Below are positions 11,146 to 22,335 of a stretch of 64,000 bases of DNA, in pieces. The number at the start of each line of letters is the position of its first letter. The first letter of the stretch is position 1. The stretch is from the NCBI GenBank assembly GCA_963813025.1, contig CAWEXO010000011.1, positions 384,001-448,000 on the forward strand. The letters run 5' to 3'. The stretch is from an uncultured Verrucomicrobiae bacterium. Lineage in GTDB: Bacteria; Verrucomicrobiota; Verrucomicrobiia; Chthoniobacterales; JAFAMB01. The position numbers and the translations under genes were made by a program. The notes beneath the pieces were generated by a model. It ran no database searches, was not told the origin of the DNA, and was given only the letters and a program-made list of their open reading frames with translations.

Positions 11146-12254
11146 CTATATCAGCATTTCCGTCTCCGGATCGAACAGACAAGCCTTAGTCATATCTACC
11201 GCGAGCGTCACCGTCTCACCGACCGCAGGCGCTACGTTCGGTTCGAAGCGGGCGATAACCTCGCGGCCGTCGATGCGCACGATCACCATGGTCTCGGCGC
11301 CGGTTGGCTCGACTACTTCCACCGGGGCTTCGATCGTTCCGACAAAGGGATTTTCTCCTATTCGGCCGCGATCGTAGCGGACCAGGTTTTCCGGCCTTAA
11401 TCCCAGCACCACCGGACGGCCGTCACCAGCCGATGTGGCAGCTCCATCGGGAAGCGGCAGGCGCGTCGCTCTTCCTTCGCTTTCCGCCAACGTCACGGCC
11501 GCCGAACCCGAAACGGCATCTGGGCGGGCAGAAAGTTCATTGACGGCGAGCCCATGAAGCCGGCAACAAACATGTTGGCAGGCCGCTCGTAGACCGTCCG
11601 TGGCTCGGCAAATTGCTGCAGCTTGCCCTGATGCATGACAGCAATGCGGGAGGCGAGCGTCATCGCCTCGACCTGGTCGTGGGTGACGTAGATCGTGGTC
11701 TTCCCGAGCCGCTGATAAAGCTTCTTGATCTCGGTGCGCATCTCGACTCTCAGCTTGGCGTCGAGGTTGGATAGGGGCTCGTCGAACAGGAACAGCGCAG
11801 GGTCGCGCACGAGCGCCCTGCCCATCGCGACGCGCTGACGTTGACCACCGGAGAGTTGGGCGGGCTTGCGCCCGAGCAGGCTTTCGATCCGCAGCAGCCC
11901 CGCTACGCGTGCGAGGGCCTGCGCCTGTGCCTGCTTGGGCACGCCACGGCTCTCCATGCCGAAGGTGATGTTGCCCCGAACCGTCATCGTTGGATATAGC
12001 GCGTAGGACTGGAACACCATCGCGATGTCGCGATCCTTCGGCGGCACGTCGTTGACAACACGCTCGCCGATCCTGATCTCGCCGGCCGTGACGCTTTCGA
12101 GGCCTGCGATCAGGGCAAGTAAAGTCGACTTACCGCAACCTGAAGGCCCGACCAGCACCACAAATTCGCCCGCCTTCACCTCGAGATCGATGCCCTTCAG
12201 CACGGCGACGGAACCAAAGGATTTGTTGAGGTCGCGAATCGTCAGTGAAGCCAT
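11146..12254 (-). CDS. Carbohydrate ABC transporter ATP-binding protein (MalK/UgpC-like), frameshift near 11510
   Basis: [26 protein letters not shown]-terminal LGLRPE...VVEPTGAE is in the separate ORF 11146-11496. Confidence 0.85.
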
Positions 12255-12263
12255 TTCTAGCTG

Positions 12264-13157
12264 CTATTTGAGCGCACCCTGCGTCAGCCCGCGCAGAAAA
12301 TACCGGCCACCGAAGAAATAGACGAGCAGGGGCGGCAACGCGGCGATCAGCACGGCGGCGCTTTCCACATTGTATTGATGCACCGACGTTCCACCAGCGC
12401 TGAGGGCGATCAGCGCCGCGGTGATCGGCTGGTGGGTGCCTGAGGAAAAGATGACTGCGAAGAGGAATTCGTTCCAGATGTTGGTGAATTGCCAAATCAC
12501 GGTGACGATCAAGATGGACGGCGAAAGGGGTAGCACAATTTTCCGAAAAATCCGCCAGAAGCCGGCGCCGTCGATCCGCGCCGCCTTAATGAGATCATCA
12601 GGAATGTTAACGTAATAGTTGCGGCAGAACAGGGTCGTAAAGCTCAATCCCTGGACACAATGGATTAGCACCAGCCCGGCAGTGGTATTAGTCAGGCCGA
12701 GCCAACCCAGCACGCGCGCCCAAGGGAGAAGAACCATTTGGCCAGGCATGAAGACGCCAAGCGTGATGAGACCGAACAGAATTTCCGAGCCGGTGAAGCG
12801 CCACTTCGACAAGATGTAGCCGTTTACGGCGCCGATCGCAGTCGAGATGATGGTTGCCGGCACGACCATGGCAATCGAATTCCAGAAGAAAGGCTCGATC
12901 CCTTTACAGGTGCCGCCGACGCAGAATCTGTTCCAGGCCAGAGACCAGTAGTTCAGCGAGAAGCTGCGCGGCAGGCCGATCAAGCCGTTTCGGCTGATAT
13001 CGTTCAGATCGCGGAACGAGTTAAGTATCACGACGACGAGCGGCAGCAGATAATAGAGTGCAAACAGGCCGAGCAGCAGATAAACGACGAGTTTCGCCCG
13101 GTTGCGCTGCCAGGTGCCCGCCGCTCCGAGCGGATCATAGGAAACAACGTCAGGCAC
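12264..13157 (-). CDS. Carbohydrate ABC transporter permease
   Basis: EAA-loop DLIKAARIDGA; multiple TM segments. Confidence 0.9.
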   Translation of the reverse strand: MPDVVSYDPLGAAGTWQRNRAKLVVYLLLGLFALYYLLPLVVVILNSFRDLNDISRNGLIGLPRSFSLNYWSLAWNRFCVGGTCKGIEPFFWNSIAMVVPATIISTAIGAVNGYILSKWRFTGSEILFGLITLGVFMPGQMVLLPWARVLGWLGLTNTTAGLVLIHCVQGLSFTTLFCRNYYVNIPDDLIKAARIDGAGFWRIFRKIVLPLSPSILIVTVIWQFTNIWNEFLFAVIFSSGTHQPITAALIALSAGGTSVHQYNVESAAVLIAALPPLLVYFFGGRYFLRGLTQGALK

Positions 13158-14097
13158 GGCCGGCCTCCCGGCGCTGAAGCCAATTGGACCAGATCGTATA
13201 GGGCACGAGCACGAGCGACAAAGCGAGAAGGATCATGATCGCCGCAGCGGCTCCCTCGGCCATCTGGCCCCGCTGAAACATGAGATCATAGACATAGATT
13301 GCCGGCACCGTCGTGGCGATGCCGGGTCCGCCTCCGGTCAACGCAAGGACCAGATCGAAGGTCTTGATGGCGAATTGTAGAAGTACCACCAGCACGGCAA
13401 CGAAGATAGGTCCGATCGCCGGCAGGATGATGCGCCGATAGATCCGCGGCATGCTGGCACCATCCACTTGTGCCGCCTTGATGAGGTCTGGATCGATCGA
13501 GCGCAGGCCGGCCAGAAACAGCGCCATCACGAAGCCGGACGCCTGCCAGATACCAGTGATCACCACGGTGTAAATCGCCAGCTCGCGCTGCACGATCCAA
13601 TCGAACCGGAAGCTCGCCCAGCCCAGATGACGGATCACGCTCTCGATCCCGGTCGACGGGCTGAGCAGCCAGCGCCAGACCGTGCCCGTTACGACGAACG
13701 ACACCGCCAGTGGATATAGATAGGTCGTACGCCACAGGGCCTCGGCGCGAACGCGCTGATCGATCAGGATCGCGAGGGTGAGCCCGAGCGCCGTCGCGCC
13801 GACCACATAGAGCGAGCTGAACAGAAAGAGGTTTGTATATGCGATGCTCCAGATCCGGTTGCTCCATAATTCGGCGTAATGATGGAAGCCGACCCAGGAA
13901 TAATCGGGCAGCAGGGTGGAGTTCGATAGCGAGATCCAGATCGTCCAGCCGCAAAAGACGAACACATAGACAAATGTGGCTAGCAGCGATGGCGCAAGAA
14001 CGAGTTGCGGCAAGATCGCCGTTAACCGGTCGCGGAGCCGGCGCTTCTGATCCGGTTCGGCTCTAACCGACCTCACTGTCACAGGCTCTACGACCAA
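13150..14097 (-). CDS. Carbohydrate ABC transporter permease
   Basis: DLIKAAQVDGA loop, LTGGGPG. Confidence 0.9.
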   Translation of the reverse strand: MVVEPVTVRSVRAEPDQKRRLRDRLTAILPQLVLAPSLLATFVYVFVFCGWTIWISLSNSTLLPDYSWVGFHHYAELWSNRIWSIAYTNLFLFSSLYVVGATALGLTLAILIDQRVRAEALWRTTYLYPLAVSFVVTGTVWRWLLSPSTGIESVIRHLGWASFRFDWIVQRELAIYTVVITGIWQASGFVMALFLAGLRSIDPDLIKAAQVDGASMPRIYRRIILPAIGPIFVAVLVVLLQFAIKTFDLVLALTGGGPGIATTVPAIYVYDLMFQRGQMAEGAAAAIMILLALSLVLVPYTIWSNWLQRREAGRA

Positions 14098-14145
14098 TCG
14101 TTTGCCCTTTCTCCGGCTTACGGGTACGGCTTGGCTCCTGCAGCG

Positions 14146-15423
14146 TTATTGCTGCGCCTCGACGGCATCGGCCAATCGCTTGGCCGCATCAGTAGCCGAC
14201 AGACTGGGGGTGTTGACGAATTCGGTGATCACTTCCATCGCCGCGCCCCGGTACTTCTGCAGGATGGTCATGTTGTGAGCAAAGCTGCGCACCAACGTGC
14301 CTGCCTTGATGGCGGCTTCCAGGTCCTTCTCCGACTTTTGCTGGCAAGGATTGAATCCATTACTTAGATCGACGTCGAGCCTGGCCGGAATCGAGCCCTT
14401 TGCCTGGTTAAAGATCGTCTGGAACTCTTTCGTCATGATGAGATGAGCGAGAAGCTTCGAGCCGGCCAGATATTCGGGGTCCTTCTGCTGGAAAAAGACG
14501 ACAGAATCGCTGTTGAGAATGAAGCCCGGTTTGCCATTTTCGACCGGAGCCTGACCGCAGAGATAGTCGACACCCTCCTTGAACCCGCCCGCATTAAATG
14601 TGCCGATCGACCAGTCGCCCATGAAGAAGAAGGCAGCCTTGCCGGTGAGCATCATGTTGGCCGCCGCGTCCCAGGTGCGCCCGGCAATGCCCGGATCCAT
14701 CCAGTTAATCATTTTCCGGTATTGCTCAAATGCCGCAACCATGCCCGGGCTGCGCATCGCGTCCGTGTTGCCTTCGACGAAAGCCTTGCGGAAGAGGTCC
14801 AGATCCGTGCCGTAGACGACGATCTCGAAGGTCGTGGCATCGGTCCAATCGGCGCTGCCATGCGCGATCGGAATAATGCCCGCAGCTTTCACCTTCTCGG
14901 CATCGGCATTGAACTCAGCCCAGGTCTTGGGCATTTCCGTGATGCCTGCTTTGTCTAAAGCCTTCTTGCTGGCCCACAGCCAATCGATGCGGTGGATATT
15001 CATCGGTACGGCGACCCAGTGACCCTTCGGTTTCATCACCGGCAGAAGCTCGGGGGCAACGACTGCGTCCCAATTTTCCTTTTTGGCGATTTCGTCGAGA
15101 TCGAGCGTCTTGCCAGTGGCATTCCACTCGGCAATCTCGGGGCCTTTCAGCTGCACTGCAGGCGGTGGATTACCGGCAACGACGTCGGCACGAAGCTTAG
15201 CGAGCGTGTTGGCGGTGTGGCCGGCAATGGATGTCGATTCCCATTTGCCGCCCGCCGCAGTGAACATCTCACCGAGCTTAGCGATCGCCGCCGCATCGGA
15301 ACCATTGTCCCATTGCGAAAGCAGGTTGGTCTTAGGTACGGCGTACAACGGCCCGGCCGACAGCAGCCCAAATGTCAACGAAACAACGGCCACCGTAGCA
15401 GTGGCGTAACGTGTAATACACAT
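14146..15423 (-). CDS. Sugar ABC transporter substrate-binding protein (glucose/mannose-binding type)
   Basis: Signal peptide; VPMNIHR, FMGDW, FNQAKGSIPAR motifs. Confidence 0.85.
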   Translation of the reverse strand: MCITRYATATVAVVSLTFGLLSAGPLYAVPKTNLLSQWDNGSDAAAIAKLGEMFTAAGGKWESTSIAGHTANTLAKLRADVVAGNPPPAVQLKGPEIAEWNATGKTLDLDEIAKKENWDAVVAPELLPVMKPKGHWVAVPMNIHRIDWLWASKKALDKAGITEMPKTWAEFNADAEKVKAAGIIPIAHGSADWTDATTFEIVVYGTDLDLFRKAFVEGNTDAMRSPGMVAAFEQYRKMINWMDPGIAGRTWDAAANMMLTGKAAFFFMGDWSIGTFNAGGFKEGVDYLCGQAPVENGKPGFILNSDSVVFFQQKDPEYLAGSKLLAHLIMTKEFQTIFNQAKGSIPARLDVDLSNGFNPCQQKSEKDLEAAIKAGTLVRSFAHNMTILQKYRGAAMEVITEFVNTPSLSATDAAKRLADAVEAQQ

Positions 15424-15726
15424 CGCTTTCTTTCTATGGAGCAGCCCGATTTTCTCGGGCGCGGGGTTAATTTATTCCGGGGGTGGTAAACAACGGGTTA
15501 TCAGTTAAGGGTGCAGATCAGGAAAAGCAATACTTAATCGGGCGAGTCTTGATTGAAGCGCGATACGAAGGGTATCGCGCACCGTGTAGGCCGTTTCCAG
15601 GAGGATGATTGCTCCCGGTTCCTAATCGCCGCGACAACGTGCCCTCAGCAACAGCGCCTGAGTCCCGAGAATGTCTGGTCACAGCGCTTTTTGCTCTTCC
15701 GCGGCCAATTCAGGCAAGGAGCGTCA

Positions 15727-15950
15727 TGGAGTGCGTGCGACTTGTCGCCGCTTTGAGACCGCGTGAAGCCCGGCCACTAACTAGGCGGGTTCTTTTCGCC
15801 GGGGGAGAACGCACCCTACCCGGACGGAGGCGAGAACGCGAGCACCAGTCGCGGTTCGCCATCAACCGGAATAATTCTGTTGGGATCAATGGCAACATTG
15901 CTGATAGAAGCGTGCCTTGGGCAGAGCGGCGACAAGTCGGCCGCACGCCA
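15727..15950. repeat. REP-like inverted repeat pair
   Basis: tggagtgcgtgcgacttgtcgccgctttg (15727-15755) and cagagcggcgacaagtcggccgcacgcca (15922-15950). Confidence 0.7.
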
Positions 15951-16009
15951 AAATTTACCAGTCGCAATTGCCGTTGCGAATGCCTTCCCACGCGGCTATC
16001 TCTTCAATC

Positions 16010-17050
16010 ATGGAGGTCCTGCAAACCCTGGCGGTCGGCTTAGGCTTGGCTGCCCTGTCCGGTTACAGCCTCTATCTGACCGTCTTTGCGACCGGGATGG
16101 CGATCCATTTTCACTGGATCACGCTGGCCCCGCAGTTTTCTTCGTTGTCCGTTCTCAGCCATCCACCGATCCTGGTGATTTCCGGTATCCTGTTTTTCCT
16201 GGAGTTCTTCGCGGATAAGATCCCCTGGATCGATTCGATCTGGGATGCGGTTCACACCCTTATTCGTCCGATCGGAGGAGCTCTCCTGGCGATTCAAGCG
16301 CTCGGCCATCCTTCGCCGGAATTTGATGTCGTCGTTGGTCTTCTGGCCGGTTCGGTGACATTCGCCGCCCACAGTCTCAAGGCCGGGACTCGTTTGATCG
16401 TCAATCAGTCTCCTGAACCGTTTTCCAATATCGGGGTCAGCCTCGGCGAGAATTTGATGGTTTTCGGAGGGCTCGCCCTTTTGTGGACTCATCCGGTGAT
16501 CGCTTTTGTGGCGCTGGTGATCTGCTTCACGCTCGCTCTCTTCCTGCTGCCCAAACTCTGGCGGGCGGTCCACACCAAGGTCTTTTTTATTGTGCGCAAA
16601 CTGAGCCAACCGGCCGGAATCAGCTCACCGTACCACCTAGCCAATCATCTGCCCGGCCGTTATGAGCAAGTTTTTCGAAGACTGACCCGATCAAAATCGA
16701 CGATCGTCTGGGCCGAGTATTGCGTCTCGGCCAAAGGGAAGCATCTCCCGCCTGATCGATTCGGTTATCTGGCCGCCACAGTCGAGGAACCGGGCAAGCT
16801 CTACTTCATCAGGCGCACCTGGCTTCCGGGTTCGGGCAGGCTGTTCGAGATCGAGGACTTTCACGCGACCGCGGAGCCGCGTTTTCTTTTCGATGAACTG
16901 GTGCTGGCCAGCAGTGCCAGCCCAATCCGGTACATCTTCCAATTTGACCGGAGCAGGCCGGGTATCGCCGAGAAAATTGTCTCTGATCTGCAAAACCGGA
17001 CATCGGTGCCCCTCGAGCCCTCACCGCAGCTAACCGATAGTCGCGGATAA
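16010..17050 (+). CDS. DUF4126-domain membrane protein
   Basis: LEFFADKIPWIDSIWDAVHTLIRP and SPEPFSN motifs. Confidence 0.85.
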   Translation: MEVLQTLAVGLGLAALSGYSLYLTVFATGMAIHFHWITLAPQFSSLSVLSHPPILVISGILFFLEFFADKIPWIDSIWDAVHTLIRPIGGALLAIQALGHPSPEFDVVVGLLAGSVTFAAHSLKAGTRLIVNQSPEPFSNIGVSLGENLMVFGGLALLWTHPVIAFVALVICFTLALFLLPKLWRAVHTKVFFIVRKLSQPAGISSPYHLANHLPGRYEQVFRRLTRSKSTIVWAEYCVSAKGKHLPPDRFGYLAATVEEPGKLYFIRRTWLPGSGRLFEIEDFHATAEPRFLFDELVLASSASPIRYIFQFDRSRPGIAEKIVSDLQNRTSVPLEPSPQLTDSRG

Positions 17051-17076
17051 CCGATAGCCGATAGCCAATAATTGAT

Positions 17077-17193
17077 GACACTGGCACTCGCACTGACACT
17101 GGCACTCGCACTGACACTGGCACTCGCACTGACACTGGCACCGGCATTCGCACTGGACTAGCACTGGACTAGCACTGGACTAGCACTGGACTA
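17077..17193. repeat. Tandem repeats: 3x18 bp (GACACTGGCACTCGCACT) then 4x11 bp (GCACTGGACTA)
   Basis: Directly visible at 17077-17130 and 17150-17193. Confidence 0.95.
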
Positions 17194-18319
17194 GTGCCTA
17201 ATTGCGTAAGTTAGTTATATGTATGGCGACTTTCCCCTGATGTACCTGGGATTTGGTCCATTCGAAGGGAGCCGCATTGTTATTGTAGTTCTTGATGAAG
17301 GTGTCGATGGCGTTGCGCAGCTCTGCCACGCTGGTGAAGTTTGCCCCCTGGAGGGCTTGGCGGCTCAAGATACTAAACCAGATCTCAATCTGGTTGAGCC
17401 AAGAAGCGTGGGTTGGAGTGAAATGAAAATGCACATTGGGGTGAGCCTTCAACCAGCGATCTTGCTTTGGCTTATGGGTCGCAAGGTTGTCTAAGACCAC
17501 ATGAATTTCTTTGTCGAGATTTCCGGCAACTACCTGGTTCATAAACTCCAGGAATTCCCGTCGGCGCTGGCGCCGGTAATGACCAGCCTGCACTTGGCCG
17601 CTGGCAATGTTGAGGGCGGCAAAGAGAGTGGAGGTGCCATGGCGCTTGTACTCGTGGCTAAAACCCGTCAGCGCCCTGCCATTGGGCAAGCGAATCCAAC
17701 CTTGGGCTCTTTCCAGGGCTTGAATGGCTGGTTTTTCATCAATGGCCAAGATGAGCGCATTCTGGGGCGGATTGAGATAAAGACCGACAATGTCAGCGGC
17801 CTTGCGCACAAACTCCGGATCGGTGGAAATGCACCAGCTGCGGCGCCGTTCCAATTCAATGCCTTGTTGGCGCAAAATGCGCCAGACTTGATCGGAGGAA
17901 ACATCGGCCAGACTCTGCGCCAGCAGTCGCCCATTCCAGCGCCCGTAGCCCGCCGGTGGATCTTCATCCAGCAGCGCCAAGACCCGCTTGACCGTCATTT
18001 GATCATACTTGGCCGGCTTTCCACTGCGTGGCGCGTCTTCCAAGCCAGCCAGGCCTTGGCGCACAAAGCGCCGCCGCCATTTACTCACCGTCACCTCGGG
18101 AATGCGCAGGCTCTTGGCAATCGCACGTCCACTCAAGCCCGCTGCCGCCTTCAAGATAATCTGACTCCTGACCTTGAGCCGGTGTTCGACCCGTTGCGCT
18201 CGACTCCAACCCTCCAAGAGCTTGCGGTTTTCCACAGAAAGTTTGATGCGACCCGTTGCCATCCATCCAACAAATCATAATTTTTCATAAATATAAAGAA
18301 CTAAAGCAACTAAGTACTA
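17192..18319 (-). mobile_element. IS630-family element, copy 1 (transposase 17198-18262)
   Basis: HTH + DEK/DN/WLNQIE DDE; imperfect IRs; CTAG at both ends (TA target). Confidence 0.95.
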
Positions 18320-18419
18320 GCACTGCCACTGGCCCCTGACTCCGGCGCGTCCCCCACGAGCGGAAGTAAAATAGGGAGTTGCGAAAAACAGGGGGTCGCG
18401 ACTATCTAATCCCCCTCAA

Positions 18420-19405
18420 ATGCATAGATCCTGTCTTTTGCCCCTTCTCGCGTTCGTCCTCTCGCCGTTTTTCGTTCTGCCGCAAGCACGCGCCAACGCC
18501 CATACCAAAGGCAGGCCGGTCGCTCCATTGACGTCCGATCTTCGGACTGGCGATTACGTTTGGCACCCTGAAGTCTCTCCAGCCGGGCCCGTGGTGCTGC
18601 TCGTAAGTCTGCCGGACCAAGTTTTGTCTGTCTATCGAAACGGCGTGCGGATCGGACGCTCGACCGTCAGCACAGGGAAAGCGGACAAAGCCACGCCAAC
18701 CGGTGTCTTCACGATCTTGCAGAAAAAGGTCGATCATACCTCCAGTATCTACAAAGGAGCCAAGATGCCGCACATGCAGAGACTCACTTGGAGCGGTGTC
18801 GCGCTGCATGCCGGGCATCTGCCGGGTTACCCCGCCTCAGCCGGATGTGTGCGTATGCCGGTTGATTTCGCGGCAAAGCTCTATTCGGTTACGACCAACG
18901 GAACCACCGTCATTATCACTGACGATAAGTCCGCTCCCCGCGACACTCTGCGACCTGGAGTGCTTTTTTCGAGCAAAGCTGGAAGGCCCGGAAAACCCTT
19001 GGCAGCTGGCAATTTCATCTGGCAGCCCGAGAGGCGCCAAAGGGACCGGTTTCGATTATCGTGAGTGGCTCTGACCGCGAGGTTTACGTTTATCGGAATG
19101 CCACGGAGATAGGCCGGGCGGCTTTCGGCCAACTGCGATCGAACAGGATCCCGGGCAGCCATGTTTACACGGCACTGGCAACGGTCGACCGGAGCGGGCG
19201 CCCCGGTTGGATGTCTACCGCCAGCGTAGGCGGAAAAGCGCCCGACCTCAAAAAGTTGGCCGACAGTCTCTCGCTGGCGCCAGCGTTCCTCGCTAACGTG
19301 CGAGGGCTAATCAGACCGGGCACGACGCTCGTTCTCACGAGTGCGCCGGTCAGCAGTAAGACGCAAAGCTCTGCCGGTTTCAACGTCCTCACTGCGAGAG
19401 GATAA
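18420..19405 (+). CDS. L,D-transpeptidase (YkuD) family protein, frameshift near 19032
   Basis: TPTGVFTILQK, ALHAGHLPGYPASAGCVRMP; continues in ORF 19061-19405. Confidence 0.8.
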
Positions 19406-19430
19406 CCAAATAGCCAATAGCCGGTCGGGA

Positions 19431-19493
19431 CATCGGTCATCGGCCATTGATCATTGATCATTGATCATTGATCATTGATCATCGATCATCGGT
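19431..19493. repeat. Heptamer tandem repeat (CATTGAT/CATCGGT x9)
   Basis: Five perfect CATTGAT at 19445-19479 plus variant units. Confidence 0.9.
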
Positions 19494-20490
19494 GTCCCCC
19501 AGGCGGCGCCGTCGAACAACGAACGATTAATTCGGGAGCAAACATCCGAGTCTGGGCCTGGCCCCCGCTCCGCAGCCGGGCGAGCAAAAGCTCCATCGCG
19601 CATTGACCCATCTCCTGCACGGGCTGCGCGACCACCGTCAGTGGCGGATCAATGTAACGGGTCCAGAACGCGTCATCGAAACTGACGACGGAGAGCTCTT
19701 TGGGTATCGCGAGACCCGCTTCTTTCACATATGCAGTAAGTCCGGCAGTCATCTCGATGTTGGCGGAAAAGACCGCCGTAGGTGGATTACGCCGAGAGAG
19801 CAGCTTCTTTGCTCCGTCATAACCCGATTCCGCCTTAAAATTTCCGAAATACACGAAGCCTTTTTCCACCGGGAATCCATAACCCCGAAGGGTCATACGA
19901 AATCCGGCCAGCCGTCCACGCGCATTCGACAAATGCTGCGGCCCGGCGATGGTGGCAATCTTTCGATGATTGAGCGCGGCGAGATGCTGAATGGCCAGCG
20001 CCGCGCCGCGCTCGTTATCGACAACGACAGTATCCACCTGCTGAAGCCCGGATTCACGATCGAAATCGACCAGGACTGCCCCACTGTCCTGAAACAGGCG
20101 AAGCAAGTTACGGTTTGCTCCAGTCGAGCAATTGATTACCCCGGACACCTTGCGATCGAGGAGGAGCTGGAGGGCAGCCTCCTCTTTGGTGCTGTCTTCG
20201 TCGGCATTGCAGATCAGAACAGTGTAGCCGTTTGCTCGAGCGACATCCTCGACCGCTTTTACGGCCGAGGCGAAGAACGTATTTCGGATGTCCGATACCA
20301 CGATGCCGATGGTCCGAGTCTGATGGGTGCGCAGAGCGCGCTTTGTGCCATTTGGGGTATAGCCATGCCGATGGACCGCGGCGAGAACTCGCTGGCGCGT
20401 ATGCGCCGCGACGTCGGCCGGGCGGCTGAGCGATCGCGAGATGGTGGCAATACTGACGTTGAGTTCTCGGGCGAGCTGTTGCAGCGTCAT
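19486..20490 (-). CDS. LacI-family transcriptional regulator
   Basis: TLQQLARELNVSIATISR HTH; VVSFDD...PPLTVV. Confidence 0.92.
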   Translation of the reverse strand: MTLQQLARELNVSIATISRSLSRPADVAAHTRQRVLAAVHRHGYTPNGTKRALRTHQTRTIGIVVSDIRNTFFASAVKAVEDVARANGYTVLICNADEDSTKEEAALQLLLDRKVSGVINCSTGANRNLLRLFQDSGAVLVDFDRESGLQQVDTVVVDNERGAALAIQHLAALNHRKIATIAGPQHLSNARGRLAGFRMTLRGYGFPVEKGFVYFGNFKAESGYDGAKKLLSRRNPPTAVFSANIEMTAGLTAYVKEAGLAIPKELSVVSFDDAFWTRYIDPPLTVVAQPVQEMGQCAMELLLARLRSGGQAQTRMFAPELIVRCSTAPPGGHR

Positions 20491-20596
20491 AATGATAAAC
20501 GAAACGTTGGCCGCCTGGATCGCTGCACAAAATATTTAAGGATATGTGAGCGACGCAGGCTAAGGCTTGACTTTCAGTTGCCGGAACGATAACCGA

Positions 20597-20612
20597 ATGT
20601 AAAGTTTTACAT
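20597..20612. promoter_or_regulatory. Candidate LacI-type operator ATGTAAA-GT-TTTACAT
   Basis: Palindrome with 7-bp arms between the divergent lacI-family gene and the ABC operon. Confidence 0.6.
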
Positions 20613-20742
20613 CGCCTTTCCTCAAGCACTAAAATTAAACACCGGTTATACCCCCGCCCGTGTGGGAAATTTATTCCAGAACGGCCCTTCCCCCAAGCCC
20701 GCACTGTACCGCCCGGGTAGCGCCGCGATGATTGGCTCCTGA

Positions 20743-22335
20743 ATGTCTCCTCCCGACATACCGCCAAACATTGCCGAGTTCCCCGCCCTCCAAATGCGCC
20801 GGATCTCCAAATCGTTCGGACCGACCCGCGTTCTTCTCGACGTCGATTTCGACCTCGAGCATGGAGAAATCCACGCCCTCATGGGAGAGAACGGCGCCGG
20901 AAAATCGACCCTCATGAAGATCGCGGCCGGCCTTATCGACGAGTACGACGGTGAAATCCTTGTCCGGGGCCAGCACGTGAGGTTTGCTTCACCCCGCGAA
21001 GCTTCCCGCACCGGGATCGCCATGATCCATCAGGAACTCAACCTCGTCCCCGAATTGCAGGTTGATGAGAACATTTTCCTGGGTCAAGAGAAGCTTGCGG
21101 GCGCATTCCTGGTCGATCGCCGCCGCCAGATCAAGGCGGCCCAGGAGATCCTCAAAAATCTTGATTTCCACGCGCCGATCGACGTACCGGTCTCCAAGCT
21201 CCGGGTCGGCGAGCAACAGCTGGTCGAAATCGCGAAGGCGCTGGCAGCAGATGCCCGGATTCTGATTATGGACGAACCAACGTCCGCGCTCTCAATCCAT
21301 GAATCGGAAAGACTTTTTCAGGTAATCCGCCGCCTTTCCGCCGAAGGAGTCGCTATTGTCTACATCTCGCATCGCATGGAGGAAGTCTTCGCCTTGGCGC
21401 ATCGGGTCACCGTACTGCGGGACGGCAAAAAAATCGGAACGTTGCCAGGCTACAACGCCAATCGCCGTGCACTCATCCGCATGATGGTCGGACGGGAACT
21501 GCAGGAAATGCTGGCAACGGGAAAATCCGCGACCAGTGATGGCGCAACTCCGGCCTTGGAGGTTCGACATCTCTGGATGGAACATCCGCGGCCCACGCCG
21601 AGCCGCCCAATGCTACTGAGCGATGTCAATTTCTCTGTCGCCGTGGGCGAAGTCTTTGGCATCGCCGGTCTTCTCGGGGCAGGGAGAACCGAGCTTCTCG
21701 AAGTACTTTTCGGTCTGCATCCGCAGACTTCCGGAGGCGAGGTCCGCGTCTTCGGAGCGCGGGTCTCGCTCAAGAATTCTGTCCAGGCAAAAGCAGTTGG
21801 ACTGGCGTTCGTCACCGAAGACCGCAAACGAGACGGTCTGATCCTTGAAACAGGAATCGATCGCAATGTTCAGCTCCCCGTGATGCGCACTGTTTCCCGG
21901 TCCGGCGTCCTTCTTCCCGCAAAAGAAGCGGCTTTGGCCGAGCACGCAATCAGAAGCCTTGCTATCCAGGCATCGGGACCAAAACAATCAGCCGGTACAT
22001 TGAGCGGGGGAAATCAACAAAAGGTAGTGGTCGCGAAGTGGCTGCAGACCAAGCCAAAGATTCTTCTACTGGATGAGCCAACCCGAGGGATTGATGTGGG
22101 AGCCAAAGCTGAAATCTATCGTTTGATTGACGAATTGGCGCAGCAAGGCCTGGCGATTGTTCTGGTCACCTCGGAGCTCCCTGAGTTGACGCTGCTCAGC
22201 GATCGAATTCTCGTTTTGCGGGAAGGGCGGCCAACTGCGCTCTTGCGCCGCGGGGAGTTCACCCATGAAAGCATTCTGGAGTTCATGTCTCCAGGAGGGG
22301 CCGTTCAGGGTGACCCGAAATTGGTGAACGCATGA
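20743..22335 (+). CDS. Monosaccharide ABC transporter ATP-binding protein (RbsA-like)
   Basis: GENGAGKST, two ABC domains, LSGGNQQK, DEPTRGIDVGAK. Confidence 0.92.
   Translation: MSPPDIPPNIAEFPALQMRRISKSFGPTRVLLDVDFDLEHGEIHALMGENGAGKSTLMKIAAGLIDEYDGEILVRGQHVRFASPREASRTGIAMIHQELNLVPELQVDENIFLGQEKLAGAFLVDRRRQIKAAQEILKNLDFHAPIDVPVSKLRVGEQQLVEIAKALAADARILIMDEPTSALSIHESERLFQVIRRLSAEGVAIVYISHRMEEVFALAHRVTVLRDGKKIGTLPGYNANRRALIRMMVGRELQEMLATGKSATSDGATPALEVRHLWMEHPRPTPSRPMLLSDVNFSVAVGEVFGIAGLLGAGRTELLEVLFGLHPQTSGGEVRVFGARVSLKNSVQAKAVGLAFVTEDRKRDGLILETGIDRNVQLPVMRTVSRSGVLLPAKEAALAEHAIRSLAIQASGPKQSAGTLSGGNQQKVVVAKWLQTKPKILLLDEPTRGIDVGAKAEIYRLIDELAQQGLAIVLVTSELPELTLLSDRILVLREGRPTALLRRGEFTHESILEFMSPGGAVQGDPKLVNA

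Noticed and set aside
16809..17153. ORF with VPVSVR repeats
   Set aside because: Translation of the non-coding tandem array.
17077..17193. Possible CRISPR array
   Set aside because: Contiguous short tandem units without unique spacers, and no cas genes.
17501..18280. 259-aa ORF present in both IS630 copies
   Set aside because: Antisense to the transposase; conserved only because the IS is duplicated.
19603..20592. 329-aa plus-strand ORF
   Set aside because: Antisense shadow of the LacI gene; no recognisable motifs.
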